From Fidelibacterota bacterium (GTDB taxonomy: Bacteria > Fidelibacterota > Marinisomatia > Marinisomatales > Marinisomataceae): a stretch of 64,000 nucleotides of DNA. Positions 1-10,835 of the stretch are shown piece after piece. The position numbers and the translations under genes were made by a program. Position 1 is the stretch's first letter. Each line of letters begins with the position of its first letter. The notes under the pieces are model-generated. The model ran no database searches. It saw only the letters and a list, made by a program, of their open reading frames with translations, and had not been told where the DNA came from. The stretch is from assembly GCA_045560295.1 (NCBI GenBank), contig JBJKZL010000001.1, forward strand, positions 595,907 through 659,906. Reading direction: 5' to 3'.

Positions 1-1846
1 AATTTCTAAATTGACCTGGAAAACATTCTGTAATAAAGTCAGCTGGAAACCATTCATTCCAATATTTTTTATCTTCAAAATAATTCAATGTAGAAAAAGG
101 AACTATACCTGCATCAAGCCAAGGATTTCCAACATCTGGAATTCTTGTACCGATAAGTCCAGTATCAGGATGTTTAATTTTTACATGATCAATCCATGGC
201 CTATGAGGACTATTTCCTTCAAACTCTTCCCAGCCTTCGACTGAAAGATCTTTAAGTTCTTCCTTAGAACCTACCACATAAAAACTACCATCTTCAAATG
301 TCCAAATTGGTAGGGCTAATCCCCAGAATCTTTTCTTGGAAATCATCCAATCACCCATATTGTCTAGCCAATTATGCTCTCTATCTTCTCCCCATTCAGG
401 AATCCAATTGATATCGCTCACAACATCCTTTATTCTATTTCTCCAATCCATATTTATATACCATTCATCAACCTGCTTAAATACAAGCTCATCTCCTGAT
501 CTCCAACAATGAGGGTATATATGGGGATAATCTTCTGCATATAGTAAAAGATTTCTATCTTTTAAATCTTGAATAATTTTTGAAGCTGTATCAGGATCTG
601 TAACATTTAGTCCGGTCATAAAATCAAATCCATCTATAAAATTTGCTTGATTATCAATTGGTGATATCTCAACAAACCCCTCTTTTTTACAAATTTTATT
701 ATCTATTGATCCGCAACCGCCAGCCATGTGAACAATGCCCGTTCCTTCGCCTTCAACAACCATATCTTGACCTTCAGAATCTTTTCCTCCATCGATTACA
801 ATATGACACTGAATAGGTGTAAGTTCACCCTCCTTTATATCTTGATTAATATTAGGATAGCCTCCAGCAGATTTTTGAGGATCTAAATGGTCATATGGAC
901 CTTCATAAGCCCAACCAACCATATCTTCACCTTTCAATACTTCTAAAACCTTGTATCCGCCTCTTTCCTTAAATATTTGATCTAAAGTTTTTAGCTTTGG
1001 TACCCCATCAATCCAATTTTTCTTTTCAGAAAACTCTTTGCTTAGTCGCTGATACTTTAAATTATTTTCTGCAACATAAAAGATGGATTCATCTGGTAGC
1101 TGTATTTTAGCGTAATTAATTTTTTTATTTACAGCAACAGCTATATTTGATGAAAGAGTCCATGGAGTTGTAGTCCAAATTAATATATTTTCATTTTTTC
1201 TATCTTTTACTGGAAATTTAACGAATACACCTTTGTGGACAGTTAATTTACGTCCTTCGATAATTTCCATCTGAGAGTAGGACGTTCCCGACCTACCAGA
1301 CCAAGGCACAACATCTGTACCTCTATATATTTTTTCTTCGTTAAATAGTTTTTTTAAGAACCCCCATATTGCATAATTATTTTCATCAGACATAGTATAG
1401 TATGAATTTTCCCAATCCATCCAATAACCCAATCTTTTTGATTGTTCAGTTTGTACATCCGAATATTTTTTAACACGATCCTTGCAAAGCTTAACAAATT
1501 TTTCAATTCCGAGCTCTTCAACTTCTTTTTTAGACTTAATACCAAGTTCTTTTTCTACTTCAATTTCAACCCAAAGTCCCTGACAATCAAAGCCATTCTG
1601 ATAACGAAGTTGATAGCCATTCATTGATTTATATCGTTGATAGAGGTCTTTTAATGTTCTACCCCAAGCATGATGAACTCCCATTGGATTATTAGCAGTG
1701 ATAGGGCCGTCTAAAAAGCTCCATTTTTCACCATCAGAATTTTGACTAACTAATTTTTGAAAAATTTGATTTTTTTCCCAAAATTCAAGTATTTCATGCT
1801 CATTGGAAACAAAGTCTATTTTTGGATTTTCTTTTCTTATACTCAT
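1..1846 (-). CDS. ileS: Isoleucyl-tRNA synthetase-like class I aaRS, N-terminal ~615 codons; the 3' part runs off the left edge
   Basis: Absent from the supplied ORF track because there is no stop inside the window. My translation of the minus strand from ATG at 1846 stays open to base 1: [29 protein letters not shown]...[21 protein letters not shown] (HIGH-region variant), [28 protein letters not shown]. These are signatures of the Ile/Val/Leu editing-aaRS clade. Confidence 0.7.
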   Translation of the reverse strand, partial: MSIRKENPKIDFVSNEHEILEFWEKNQIFQKLVSQNSDGEKWSFLDGPITANNPMGVHHAWGRTLKDLYQRYKSMNGYQLRYQNGFDCQGLWVEIEVEKELGIKSKKEVEELGIEKFVKLCKDRVKKYSDVQTEQSKRLGYWMDWENSYYTMSDENNYAIWGFLKKLFNEEKIYRGTDVVPWSGRSGTSYSQMEIIEGRKLTVHKGVFVKFPVKDRKNENILIWTTTPWTLSSNIAVAVNKKINYAKIQLPDESIFYVAENNLKYQRLSKEFSEKKNWIDGVPKLKTLDQIFKERGGYKVLEVLKGEDMVGWAYEGPYDHLDPQKSAGGYPNINQDIKEGELTPIQCHIVIDGGKDSEGQDMVVEGEGTGIVHMAGGCGSIDNKICKKEGFVEISPIDNQANFIDGFDFMTGLNVTDPDTASKIIQDLKDRNLLLYAEDYPHIYPHCWRSGDELVFKQVDEWYINMDWRNRIKDVVSDINWIPEWGEDREHNWLDNMGDWMISKKRFWGLALPIWTFEDGSFYVVGSKEELKDLSVEGWEEFEGNSPHRPWIDHVKIKHPDTGLIGTRIPDVGNPWLDAGIVPFSTLNYFEDKKYWNEWFPADFITECFPGQFRN

Positions 1847-1902
1847 GATGAATTAACTACGAACTTATAAGAAATGTTGAATTATTGCAATTTGATTAGA
1901 AT

Positions 1903-3297
1903 TTATCTTCTAAGTGTTAAAAATCTAGATGCATTACCGCGTTTTACTAGGAATAGAATTTTTTTATCTTCTTCATATTCGGAAATTTCATCTTTAAACA
2001 TTTTAAGATTAGAAATTTTTTGTCTTCCGATGCGAGTTATCAAATCTCCTTCTAACATACCTGATTCCTCTGCAATACCACCCTCTTCAATATCCACAAC
2101 AACTACTCCTTGAATATCAGAATTCATAGGACGCTGGATATCATATTGTTCAATTAGGTCTTCTGAGATATCAAGAACTGATAAGCCGAATTCGTCATAA
2201 ACATTACTACTACTACTTGCCATCTCAACTCCAGCTCTTTCCTCAAGTACAACATCTATATCTTGCACTTTACCATCTCTTGAAATTGTAAGTGTTATTT
2301 TTTGACCTGGACTTGCACTGGATACTAAATTTTTTAATGCAGCACCATTTGTAATTTCTTTGCCTTCAAAATTTGTAATGACATCTCCTGATTCTAAGCC
2401 AGATTTTTCAGCTGGGCTTCCTTCAACAATATCACTGACAATTGTACCTTTTCTTGATTTAAGATCCATAGTTTCATATAGATCTTCATTTATATCTTGC
2501 ATATAAATACCTAAAAAAGAGCGCACTACATATCCTTTAGAAATTAAATCATTCATTACTTTTGTAACGATACTTGATGGGATTGCAAATCCTATTCCGG
2601 CATTAGATCTTCCACTGCCCGAAGCAATTGCTGCATTTATTCCAATCAGCTCACCGCTCATATTTAATAAGGCTCCACCACTATTTCCGGGGTTTATAGC
2701 TGCATCAGTTTGAATAAAATTTTGATAAGTATCGCTACCCCTCATCACATTATTTCTTCCCATAGCACTAATTATTCCTGCTGTAACAGTATGGCTTAAA
2801 TTAGCTGAAAAAGGACTTCCAATAGCAAGAACCCATTCACCGACTCTGACTAGCTCAGAATCGCCAATTGGAACTGCCTTAATGTTTTCTGCTTGAATTT
2901 GTAATACAGCTAAATCTGTACCTTTATCTAAACCTACAACAGTAGCTTCAAAAACTCTCTTATCCATTAACTCTACCATGATTTGATCAACGGGCTTTTC
3001 ACTTCTTTCATCAAAAATCACATGATGGTTAGTAACAATATATGCATTGTCTTCATCAACAATCACGCCTGAACCAAGTGACTTACTTTCAAACTCTTCT
3101 GGTATAGATCTGCCCCAGTATCTATAAAAATTTTGTACATCTTCATCCATAGTTACTGTGTTAGTAGTTGTAATTGTTACCACTGATTCATTGACATTCT
3201 CAGCGATATCAGCAAATGAATTGCTGAACTGCTTAAACATAGATCCTTGAGCAAATAAGGATGATGACGCAATTAGTATTATAAGTATTCTTTTCAT
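1903..3297 (-). CDS. htrA: Periplasmic Do/HtrA-family serine protease with two PDZ-like regions
   Basis: 464 aa. Signal peptide MKRILIILIASSSLFAQ, trypsin-like core with the GNSGGAL serine motif, long PDZ-like C-terminus. Confidence 0.85.
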   Translation of the reverse strand: MKRILIILIASSSLFAQGSMFKQFSNSFADIAENVNESVVTITTTNTVTMDEDVQNFYRYWGRSIPEEFESKSLGSGVIVDEDNAYIVTNHHVIFDERSEKPVDQIMVELMDKRVFEATVVGLDKGTDLAVLQIQAENIKAVPIGDSELVRVGEWVLAIGSPFSANLSHTVTAGIISAMGRNNVMRGSDTYQNFIQTDAAINPGNSGGALLNMSGELIGINAAIASGSGRSNAGIGFAIPSSIVTKVMNDLISKGYVVRSFLGIYMQDINEDLYETMDLKSRKGTIVSDIVEGSPAEKSGLESGDVITNFEGKEITNGAALKNLVSSASPGQKITLTISRDGKVQDIDVVLEERAGVEMASSSSNVYDEFGLSVLDISEDLIEQYDIQRPMNSDIQGVVVVDIEEGGIAEESGMLEGDLITRIGRQKISNLKMFKDEISEYEEDKKILFLVKRGNASRFLTLRR

Positions 3298-3340
3298 ATT
3301 CTTTTTATTTGAATGGTAATATGTTAAATAAGTTCCATAA

Positions 3341-5147
3341 TTAGTTTAAACCTTCTTGCAAAAATCTTTTAAACTCTTCAACGTCTCTTGTCATACCAGG
3401 AAACTCTCCAATTACTAAATCATTTTTATCTAAAATTACATAGTAAGGCAATGCTGCTGTTTTAAATCGATTAATTTGATAATCTCTCTTTTGAAGATAA
3501 TTGTCTCCAGAATCAGTATAAAGACTAACTAGAACAAAGTTTGACATTATATCTTCTACAGATTTCTTTGCAAATACATTTGTTTCCATCCAACGACAAT
3601 TGGTACATGTAACTCCCGTAAAATCTATAAAGATTTTTTGGTCATTCTGACTAGCTAACATAAATGCATCATTCAAAGAATTTACCCAATTCAAATTCGA
3701 TTTTACTTTCTTAGGAGGAAGATAAGACTCAATAGTTCCATTAATATTGTATCCAAAGTTTCCTGATAAAAGATAAAGACCTAATAATAAGAATACAGAA
3801 GATACTAAGCCTCTTTGATAAGAAACTATAAACTTAGAATCATGTTTAAAGCGAATGATTCCTAAAACATAAAAGGAACATAAAAGCATAATAATTGCCC
3901 AACAATAAAGTACTATCTCATATGTAAATATATCCCACTGCCATACTAAATCTGTATTACTAATAAATTTAAAAGCTGCTGCTATTTCTAGAAAACCCAT
4001 AATTACCTTTACAGAATTCAACCAACCACCTGATTGAGGTAATTTTTTCAAATAGTGTGGAAAAAGAGCTAAGAAAAAGAAAGGTGATGCAAAAGCTAAA
4101 CTAAATACCAGCATCCCTATAATAGGCCAAAACCAATCTCCTTGGGACGCAGCAACTAGGATTGTACCCATAAATGCTACTGTACATGTAAAAGAGGTCA
4201 AAGTAAAAGTTAAAGCCATAAATAGGATACCTGCGTACCCTTCAGAATTTTCTCTTTCAAGTGAGAAGCGTTTTAATGATTGAGGAATCTCAATTTCATA
4301 GAATCCAAAAAGGGAAAAAGCAAAGTAGATGAATAAAAAGGCGATAAATAAGTTTACGTAAGGATTTGCGGCAAGCTGTGTCGCTCCTGAAGCGCCAAGA
4401 AAAATAGCTAATAACATTCCTAGTAATGTAAAAGTCATAACAATGCCAAGCATATAGACTGAGGCATCTTTAATTGGTGAAGTATTTTTATCCTCTCCTC
4501 TCTTCAAAAAGAAAGAAATAGTAATAGGTATCATAGGAAATACACAAGGTGTTAGCAATGCAGCAAATCCCATAATTAATGAAATAAAGAGAAATCCTCC
4601 AATATCAGACTCCTCAAGTTCTAAGCGGTTAAATACTGATTCTTTTGAAAAATCAAAATTATCAACAATAAATTGATCTCTTATATTTCCACTCTCTAAG
4701 AATAAATTCAACAGTATCACTAAATTCATTTGGAGGGTAACATAAATTTCCTGTACAAACTTGGTATTGCACAGTAACATCAAATGAATATATACCATTT
4801 GATAAATTTTTATCTAGAATAATAGGGACTTGGAATAAAGGATTTCCTAAATGTTTTTTAGTAATATTGTCAAAACCTTCATCGTATTCTACAACAGGCT
4901 CTGGTTCTATAATTTTTCCTACCTTAACAATCTCATTTGATACTACATTAATAACAGTTGGTGCTGGCCCTTCTGGAACATCATAAATCGCATAAATATG
5001 CCATTCATCTTCAATGTTTGCCTGAACCTCTAAAACAACAACTTCACCTTGATTAGTATTATTGATATTGAACTTAAATTCAGCAGGATCACTAAACTGG
5101 CCGAATAAAATAGAAAAATATGCTAATATTGAAATTAATTTTTTCAT
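3341..5147 (-). CDS. dsbD: DsbD-family thiol:disulfide interchange protein (alpha domain + CcdA-like TM core + C-terminal thioredoxin). It is split into two overlapping ORFs and needs a +1 frame change near 4697, otherwise it is a pseudogene.
   Basis: ORF 4662-5189 (likely start MKKLISILAYF at 5147) carries a signal peptide and an alpha domain ending QVCTGNLCYPPNEFSDTVEFIL. ORF 3341-4798 in the +1 frame supplies ESGNIRDQF...LTPCVFPMIP, multiple TM helices and FTGVTCTNCRW (CxxC thioredoxin). Confidence 0.75.
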
Positions 5148-5155
5148 TAATTGTC

Positions 5156-6091
5156 CTAGAAAGATAATCTTTTCTTTAATTTGCTCCAAAACGTTTCTTT
5201 AGGAGTTTCAACAGTCTTTTCGATCATAGAATCTAATTGAATTAATAATTTTTCCATTTCAGATTCGGTTGCGTTATATCCATTTTCAATAAACTCTTCA
5301 GTTCTATCGAAAGCAGACCAATGAACATCTTCATGTTCTGGACTTATAACAAAATCAGATTGTTTTAACAAATAAGAGTTTAGGTGTAAGGTGGATATAT
5401 CTCTAGCTCTATTGGTAATCTCAAAAATATTATCAGGTTCATCGCTAGTTTTAAATGCTTTACTAATGTTTACGGCAATAATAAAATCACATTTATTTAG
5501 TAATGGAGGAACCGGAGTTGGAAAAACAATCCCACCATCAAGAAGCATTCTGTCGTCAATAAAGGTTGGTTCTACAAATCCAGGAATAGATGAGCTTTTT
5601 ACAACTGCATCAACTACATTACCAGCTTTATAAAGCATTGGCTTTCCAGAAATAAGATCTGTAGCAGTAACAATTAAAGGTATTTTTAAATCATCAAATT
5701 GATTATGCTCAAATAGATTATTTGCTGCCTTTGCTAATCTTTCATTCTTTACAAGAGACTTTCTTGTTGAACTTACCATTAATATATACTGGTTTTTCAT
5801 TTGCTTAAATACTTGAGAAAAAACTGAGTCATCTTTTTCGTTATTAGGAATATATCTAAAACCTAAATCTTTAAAATCTTCTCCATTAACATGTTCAGTA
5901 TATTTTTGTTCTACAATATCAGCACTTGCGTGGGATGCATACATGGCACCAATCATTGATCCTGCGCTAGTGCCAGAGATAATATCAGGAACAATACCTC
6001 TTTGCTCTAAAGACTTTAACACCCCTATATGGCATGCACCTCTTGCTCCACCACCACCAAGGGCTAAACCGATTTTTAAACTTTTGTACAT
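5156..6091 (-). CDS. Patatin-like phospholipase
   Basis: 311 aa. GGGGARG oxyanion motif and GTSAGS nucleophile elbow near the N-terminus. Confidence 0.85.
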   Translation of the reverse strand: MYKSLKIGLALGGGGARGACHIGVLKSLEQRGIVPDIISGTSAGSMIGAMYASHASADIVEQKYTEHVNGEDFKDLGFRYIPNNEKDDSVFSQVFKQMKNQYILMVSSTRKSLVKNERLAKAANNLFEHNQFDDLKIPLIVTATDLISGKPMLYKAGNVVDAVVKSSSIPGFVEPTFIDDRMLLDGGIVFPTPVPPLLNKCDFIIAVNISKAFKTSDEPDNIFEITNRARDISTLHLNSYLLKQSDFVISPEHEDVHWSAFDRTEEFIENGYNATESEMEKLLIQLDSMIEKTVETPKETFWSKLKKRLSF

Positions 6092-6100
6092 TTATTCTCT

Positions 6101-6688
6101 CTAGACTGTGTTGGAAGCAATTATATTGCTTCCAGGTTTAATTGCTGGAATATCCTTGATATGATCCGGGATATTATTTTTGTCAAATATTTTTGCAGTT
6201 TGCTTAGTAATTGCGAAAAAATTATCATGTAGATGAACAGGGGTAATACTTCTATCAACAATAATACCAATACCTACAATATTACCTTTATGCTGATAAA
6301 TGAGCTCTGAGACTTCCTTAATGGATCCCCCTGTACTAAGCACGTCTTCAATAATCAAAATTTTTTCACCAGGCTTTATTTCGAATCCTCTTCTAAGTTG
6401 CATCTCACCATCAACTCTCTCTGAAAATATTGTTCTTTTATTTAGTTGTCTTCCAACCTCTGTACCTAAAACAATACCACCAATTGCTGGAGAAATCACT
6501 TTATCAATTGAAAGATCTGCAAAGTGAGATGATAAAATATCTGCAAATAATGATAAGTATTTAGGATATTGTAATACTTTAGCACACTGGAAATATGCAT
6601 CACTATGCATTCCAGATGACAATACAAAATGTCCATACATTAGTGCTTCAGTATCTTCAAAAATCTTTATATAGTCTTTATCGTTCAA
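6101..6688 (-). CDS. pyrE: Orotate phosphoribosyltransferase
   Basis: 195 aa. PRPP-binding motif ILIIEDVLSTGGS; adjacent to pyrF. Confidence 0.9.
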   Translation of the reverse strand: MNDKDYIKIFEDTEALMYGHFVLSSGMHSDAYFQCAKVLQYPKYLSLFADILSSHFADLSIDKVISPAIGGIVLGTEVGRQLNKRTIFSERVDGEMQLRRGFEIKPGEKILIIEDVLSTGGSIKEVSELIYQHKGNIVGIGIIVDRSITPVHLHDNFFAITKQTAKIFDKNNIPDHIKDIPAIKPGSNIIASNTV

Positions 6689-7457
6689 AGTGTAACCTCA
6701 TTTGATTTACAAAATTGTGTGCAGCATCTTGAATACCCTGATAATCATTATCTCCTGGGAAAATTATAGATCTAGAAACATTGATCAAGGTTGATTCTGC
6801 AAAATTACTATTAATCTTAATAACATCTTTAAGGCTACCACCCTGCGCTCCAATACCAGGAATAAGAAAAGGCAAGTCATTTGTATTTCTTACTTCACTC
6901 ATTGCTTTGCTATTGGTAGCTCCAACAACTAAGCCAATATTGTTATGCCTATTCATATTTTTTGACAACTCAATTACTTTGTCAAAAATATCTTCCTGTA
7001 TATAACTAGCAGATGGATTTGAAGTCCTACAAAGAACGTAAACTCCCTTATCTTCTTGAGAACAAAATGGCTCAATGGCCTCTTCTCCCATATACGGGTT
7101 TACTGTTATAGCGTCACAATTAAAATGATTAAAAAACGCATTTGCATAATGATTTGCTGTGTTACCAATATCACCTCTTTTAGCATCAGCTATAATAACG
7201 TGGTCACTTCCAATCTCTTTGACTAATTCTTCAAGCCATAAAAATCCTTGAGATCCCCATTCTTCAAAAAATGCAAGATTTGGCTTATATGCAGCTGCCA
7301 CATCTTTTGTTGCAGACACAATCTTAAAAGAATAATCTTTAAGCTCCTCAATTGAAACATCCGAGTTAAAATATTTTTTATCAATATCAATGCCGACGCA
7401 TAGATTAGAATTTTTTGCTTTTATTGTATTGTGTAGTTTTTCTTTAAAAGAATTCAT
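6678..7457 (-). CDS. pyrF: Orotidine 5'-phosphate decarboxylase
   Basis: 259 aa. Motifs LCVGIDI and IADAKRGDIGNTA are typical of OMP decarboxylase. Confidence 0.9.
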   Translation of the reverse strand: MNSFKEKLHNTIKAKNSNLCVGIDIDKKYFNSDVSIEELKDYSFKIVSATKDVAAAYKPNLAFFEEWGSQGFLWLEELVKEIGSDHVIIADAKRGDIGNTANHYANAFFNHFNCDAITVNPYMGEEAIEPFCSQEDKGVYVLCRTSNPSASYIQEDIFDKVIELSKNMNRHNNIGLVVGATNSKAMSEVRNTNDLPFLIPGIGAQGGSLKDVIKINSNFAESTLINVSRSIIFPGDNDYQGIQDAAHNFVNQMRLHFER

Positions 7458-7534
7458 CGGGGAAATTTAAACTAATTAACATTATCAAACAAATGCCTTC
7501 ATACTAGATTGAAAAATTTTTAATATTCATCACA

Positions 7535-8140
7535 ATGCATAATCCCGAAAACTCATCAAAAACAAAAATTATTGCCTCAACTAATGTTTTTCAAATTGAA
7601 AAAGTTGAAAAAGTTGGACGTGAAGACTATCCCCAGCTTATAGAAATATCTTTGCACTTAGCTAAAGAATATGGCAGACAAGCTGTCTTAACAAAAGATA
7701 CTATACAAAAGTATTTCAATACTGAAAAATCTTTACCTTTCATTGCACGATACCAAGATGAAATCATTGGTTACATTATTGGTATTCCATTAGAAGAATT
7801 ACGCCAAGAATCATGGGCAGTAAACGATGAAAATTTTGGTAAATATAATACCTTATATACCTATGCTTTCGTAATCATGGAAAAATATAAATCTAACGGC
7901 TATGCAAGAATGCTAAAACGAGTATACCTTAGCTGGTCACAAAAAAGATCAAACATTAAATATGTTACTGGTCATGTAATAACAGGTACATCGAATGTAG
8001 CTGATAAAAATATGACTATCATTAGTCGAATTGACGATTGGCAAGGTACTAAAAAATCCTTCGAATACTATAGAAGATCTTTTGATATTAAAGATAATAT
8101 TGAGTCCATTAATAGCCCGCCTTTAGAAATTACTATCTAG
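7535..8140 (+). CDS. GNAT-like acetyltransferase-fold protein, substrate unknown
   Basis: 201 aa with a weak GNAT-like core (IIGYIIGIP...YAFVIMEKYKSNGYARMLK). One of the few plus-strand genes. Confidence 0.45.
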   Translation: MHNPENSSKTKIIASTNVFQIEKVEKVGREDYPQLIEISLHLAKEYGRQAVLTKDTIQKYFNTEKSLPFIARYQDEIIGYIIGIPLEELRQESWAVNDENFGKYNTLYTYAFVIMEKYKSNGYARMLKRVYLSWSQKRSNIKYVTGHVITGTSNVADKNMTIISRIDDWQGTKKSFEYYRRSFDIKDNIESINSPPLEITI

Positions 8141-9531
8141 TCAGACTGAGGTAAAAAACTTATTAAAACTAGTGCAGCTGACGAAATAGCTAAAGCTGGA
8201 ATTACCGCTTCATCAAGACTCCACTGATTTCCAAAGTATACTGTTGCAACTATTCCTGATACAATGGAACATATAGCGCCATACTTCGTTGCTTTATCCC
8301 AAAAGAACGCTGCTAACAGTGTAGGAGTGATTGCTGTACCATAAATTGTAAACGCATAAAGCGCCTTTTCAAATATAGTGGTATCTGCTGCAAACATTCG
8401 TGAAACCCAATATGAGAAAAATCCTAACAACAACACTAATAACCTACTAAGAGTTACAATTGCTTTATCTGAATACTTTTTATTAGAATATCTTAAATAA
8501 ATATCATTGATTAGAATAGTTGTCGGAACTAATAAAAATGAATCTGCTGTAGAAATAATAATACCAATGATTGTAGCTAACATTACAGCTCCAACCAATG
8601 GAGGTAGAAAGTTATAAGCTGCATAAATCAATACATGTGATTCCTTTGCAATATCTGTAATCATACTAGAGCTAATCCATGCATTAGCAATGATAAGAGA
8701 CTCTAAAATAACTACTGCAAAAAATAATAGATAAGTTGCTTTCTTCGCAGATGCAACTGAATCGCTAGCAAAGAATCGCTGATACATATTTGCATCTCCA
8801 AGAATTAGTAAGAAAGATGGTAAAGTAAAGTTAATTACATCTCTAAATGATAGTACTCCAAATAGAGACATGTTATTCATCATACCTTTGCTTTCAAAGC
8901 CAGCCGTCATACCGTCAAAACCTCCTGCTTGAAAAAAGAGGATCGGAAGTGCAATGATAAAACATGTAATCATAAGAATTCCATTTGCTACATCTGTATA
9001 AGCAACGCTTAACAAACCGGCCAATACTGTATATGCAACAATAAATACTGCTGCTATTATCGTTGCTTGATCTAATGTTAATCCTGAACCCAGATTATCA
9101 TGAAAGATAGTATAAATTACTGCTCCACCTGCATTAAACTGGTAACTAACTATCACTAAATAAGCAGTCAGTAATGCAACAACAGATAGAATCATTGCTG
9201 TATCTCCAAATCTTGATCCTATAATTTCTGGTACAGTTAATTTGCCAGAAGCTCTTGCTTTTCCAGCTATTTTTGTTAACGCTAACACACCTAACATACC
9301 ACCAATAGGCAGTAAAAATCCTGCTGCACCTATTTCAAATGCTTTTCCTGCATTACCCAAGACAGATCCTGTACCCATCCAAGTTGCAGCCATTGTTCCA
9401 ACTAATATCCACGGAGAAAGAGATCTTCCAGCCACCGCAAAGTCTTCTTGGTTTTTAATAGAATCTGATTTGCTTAGCCCAATTAAAAGTAGCCCAATCA
9501 GATAGATTCCGATAATTACATAATAAATCAT
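8137..9531 (-). CDS. Sodium:solute symporter (SSS) family transporter
   Basis: 464 aa polytopic membrane protein with SSS-type N-terminal motifs (FAVAGRSLSPW, GTGSVLGNAG). Confidence 0.75.
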   Translation of the reverse strand: MIYYVIIGIYLIGLLLIGLSKSDSIKNQEDFAVAGRSLSPWILVGTMAATWMGTGSVLGNAGKAFEIGAAGFLLPIGGMLGVLALTKIAGKARASGKLTVPEIIGSRFGDTAMILSVVALLTAYLVIVSYQFNAGGAVIYTIFHDNLGSGLTLDQATIIAAVFIVAYTVLAGLLSVAYTDVANGILMITCFIIALPILFFQAGGFDGMTAGFESKGMMNNMSLFGVLSFRDVINFTLPSFLLILGDANMYQRFFASDSVASAKKATYLLFFAVVILESLIIANAWISSSMITDIAKESHVLIYAAYNFLPPLVGAVMLATIIGIIISTADSFLLVPTTILINDIYLRYSNKKYSDKAIVTLSRLLVLLLGFFSYWVSRMFAADTTIFEKALYAFTIYGTAITPTLLAAFFWDKATKYGAICSIVSGIVATVYFGNQWSLDEAVIPALAISSAALVLISFLPQSD

Positions 9532-9572
9532 TGAAATAATTTAAACATAATCCATATATTTGTTCTTAATTA

Positions 9573-10835
9573 ATGCAATTACACTGGAAAATAATTATTG
9601 GCTTGGTCTTAGGGACTATTTATGGAATAGCTAGCGCTGTCAATGGATGGTCAGGTTTTACATCAGATTTTATATCTCCATTTGGAACAATTTTCTTAAA
9701 TCTTCTTAAGCTTATTGCTGTACCGCTAGTAGTTTCTTCTCTTATTACAGGGGTTGCTTCACTTTCTGATACTACAAAACTTTCTAGAATCGGTTGGAAA
9801 ACAATTGCACTATATATAAGCACAACAGCAGTAGCAGTAAGTATAGGATTAATATTGGTTAATGTTCTTCAACCTGGATCACTTGTTCCAGATAATTTTC
9901 AAGAAACTTTAAGTGAAGAGTATCGTAATACAGCAGCTTCAAAGCAAGACTTAGCCAGCTCTGTTCAGAATAATAGAGGCCCATTGCAGCCACTAGTAGA
10001 TATGGTTCCAAGTAATATGTTTTCTGCAGCTTCTAATAATAGTAACATGCTTCAAATAGTATTTATATCCATTATTTTTGGAATTGCATTAATTGGCATT
10101 GATCGAAAATTTTCTCAACCCGTATTAGCTTTCCTTGAGGGTATCAACCAAATGATTATTAAGTTGGTGGAGATGATAATGTATTTTGCTCCATATGGAG
10201 TATTTGCCTTAATAGCTAAAACTATAAGCTCTGTTTCTGGAGATGTATCTCAAATTGGAAGTATACTATCTGCCTTGCTGTTTTATATGGGAGTAGTAGT
10301 TTTGGGATTATTCATACATATGGGTATTACATATCTTACCATATTAAAGATGTTTACTAATATGGATTTGAAACATTTTTTCAAATCTATGGCTCCGGTA
10401 CAACTATTAGCATTTTCAACCAGCTCAAGTGGAGCCACGCTTCCGGTAACAATGAAACGTTGCGAAAAAGATTTAGGTGTATCGGAAGAAATATCTTCAT
10501 TTGTTTTACCCTTAGGTGCTACAATTAATATGGATGGTACTGCCTTGTATCAAGGAGTTGCCGCTGTATTTATAGCACAAGCTATTGGAATGGATCTTAC
10601 TTTTGCTGATCAATTTACGATCGTTGCAACAGCTGTTTTGGCATCAATTGGAACCGCTGCTGTTCCAGGAGCTGGAATTATCATGCTTGTCATTATTCTT
10701 GAAGCTATTAATGTTCCTAGCCAAGGAATTGCATTAATATTAGGTGTAGATAGAATTCTTGACATGATTCGTACTGCAACAAATGTTACTGGCGATGCTA
10801 CTATTGCGTGTGCAATGGACTCTTTAGAGAACTAG
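9573..10835 (+). CDS. Dicarboxylate/amino acid:cation symporter (DAACS family)
   Basis: 420 aa. Conserved SSSGATLP and NMDGTALYQGV motifs of GltP/GltT-type carriers. Confidence 0.85.
   Translation: MQLHWKIIIGLVLGTIYGIASAVNGWSGFTSDFISPFGTIFLNLLKLIAVPLVVSSLITGVASLSDTTKLSRIGWKTIALYISTTAVAVSIGLILVNVLQPGSLVPDNFQETLSEEYRNTAASKQDLASSVQNNRGPLQPLVDMVPSNMFSAASNNSNMLQIVFISIIFGIALIGIDRKFSQPVLAFLEGINQMIIKLVEMIMYFAPYGVFALIAKTISSVSGDVSQIGSILSALLFYMGVVVLGLFIHMGITYLTILKMFTNMDLKHFFKSMAPVQLLAFSTSSSGATLPVTMKRCEKDLGVSEEISSFVLPLGATINMDGTALYQGVAAVFIAQAIGMDLTFADQFTIVATAVLASIGTAAVPGAGIIMLVIILEAINVPSQGIALILGVDRILDMIRTATNVTGDATIACAMDSLEN

Noticed and set aside
1909-1914. The in-frame CTT-AGA two codons before the htrA stop, as a possible third frameshift site. 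A +1 shift would give ...LTLEDKF-stop instead of ...LTLRR-stop.
   Set aside because: Both outcomes are short and unconstrained, so this site gives no evidence either way. It is counted only as part of the CTT-AGA census.
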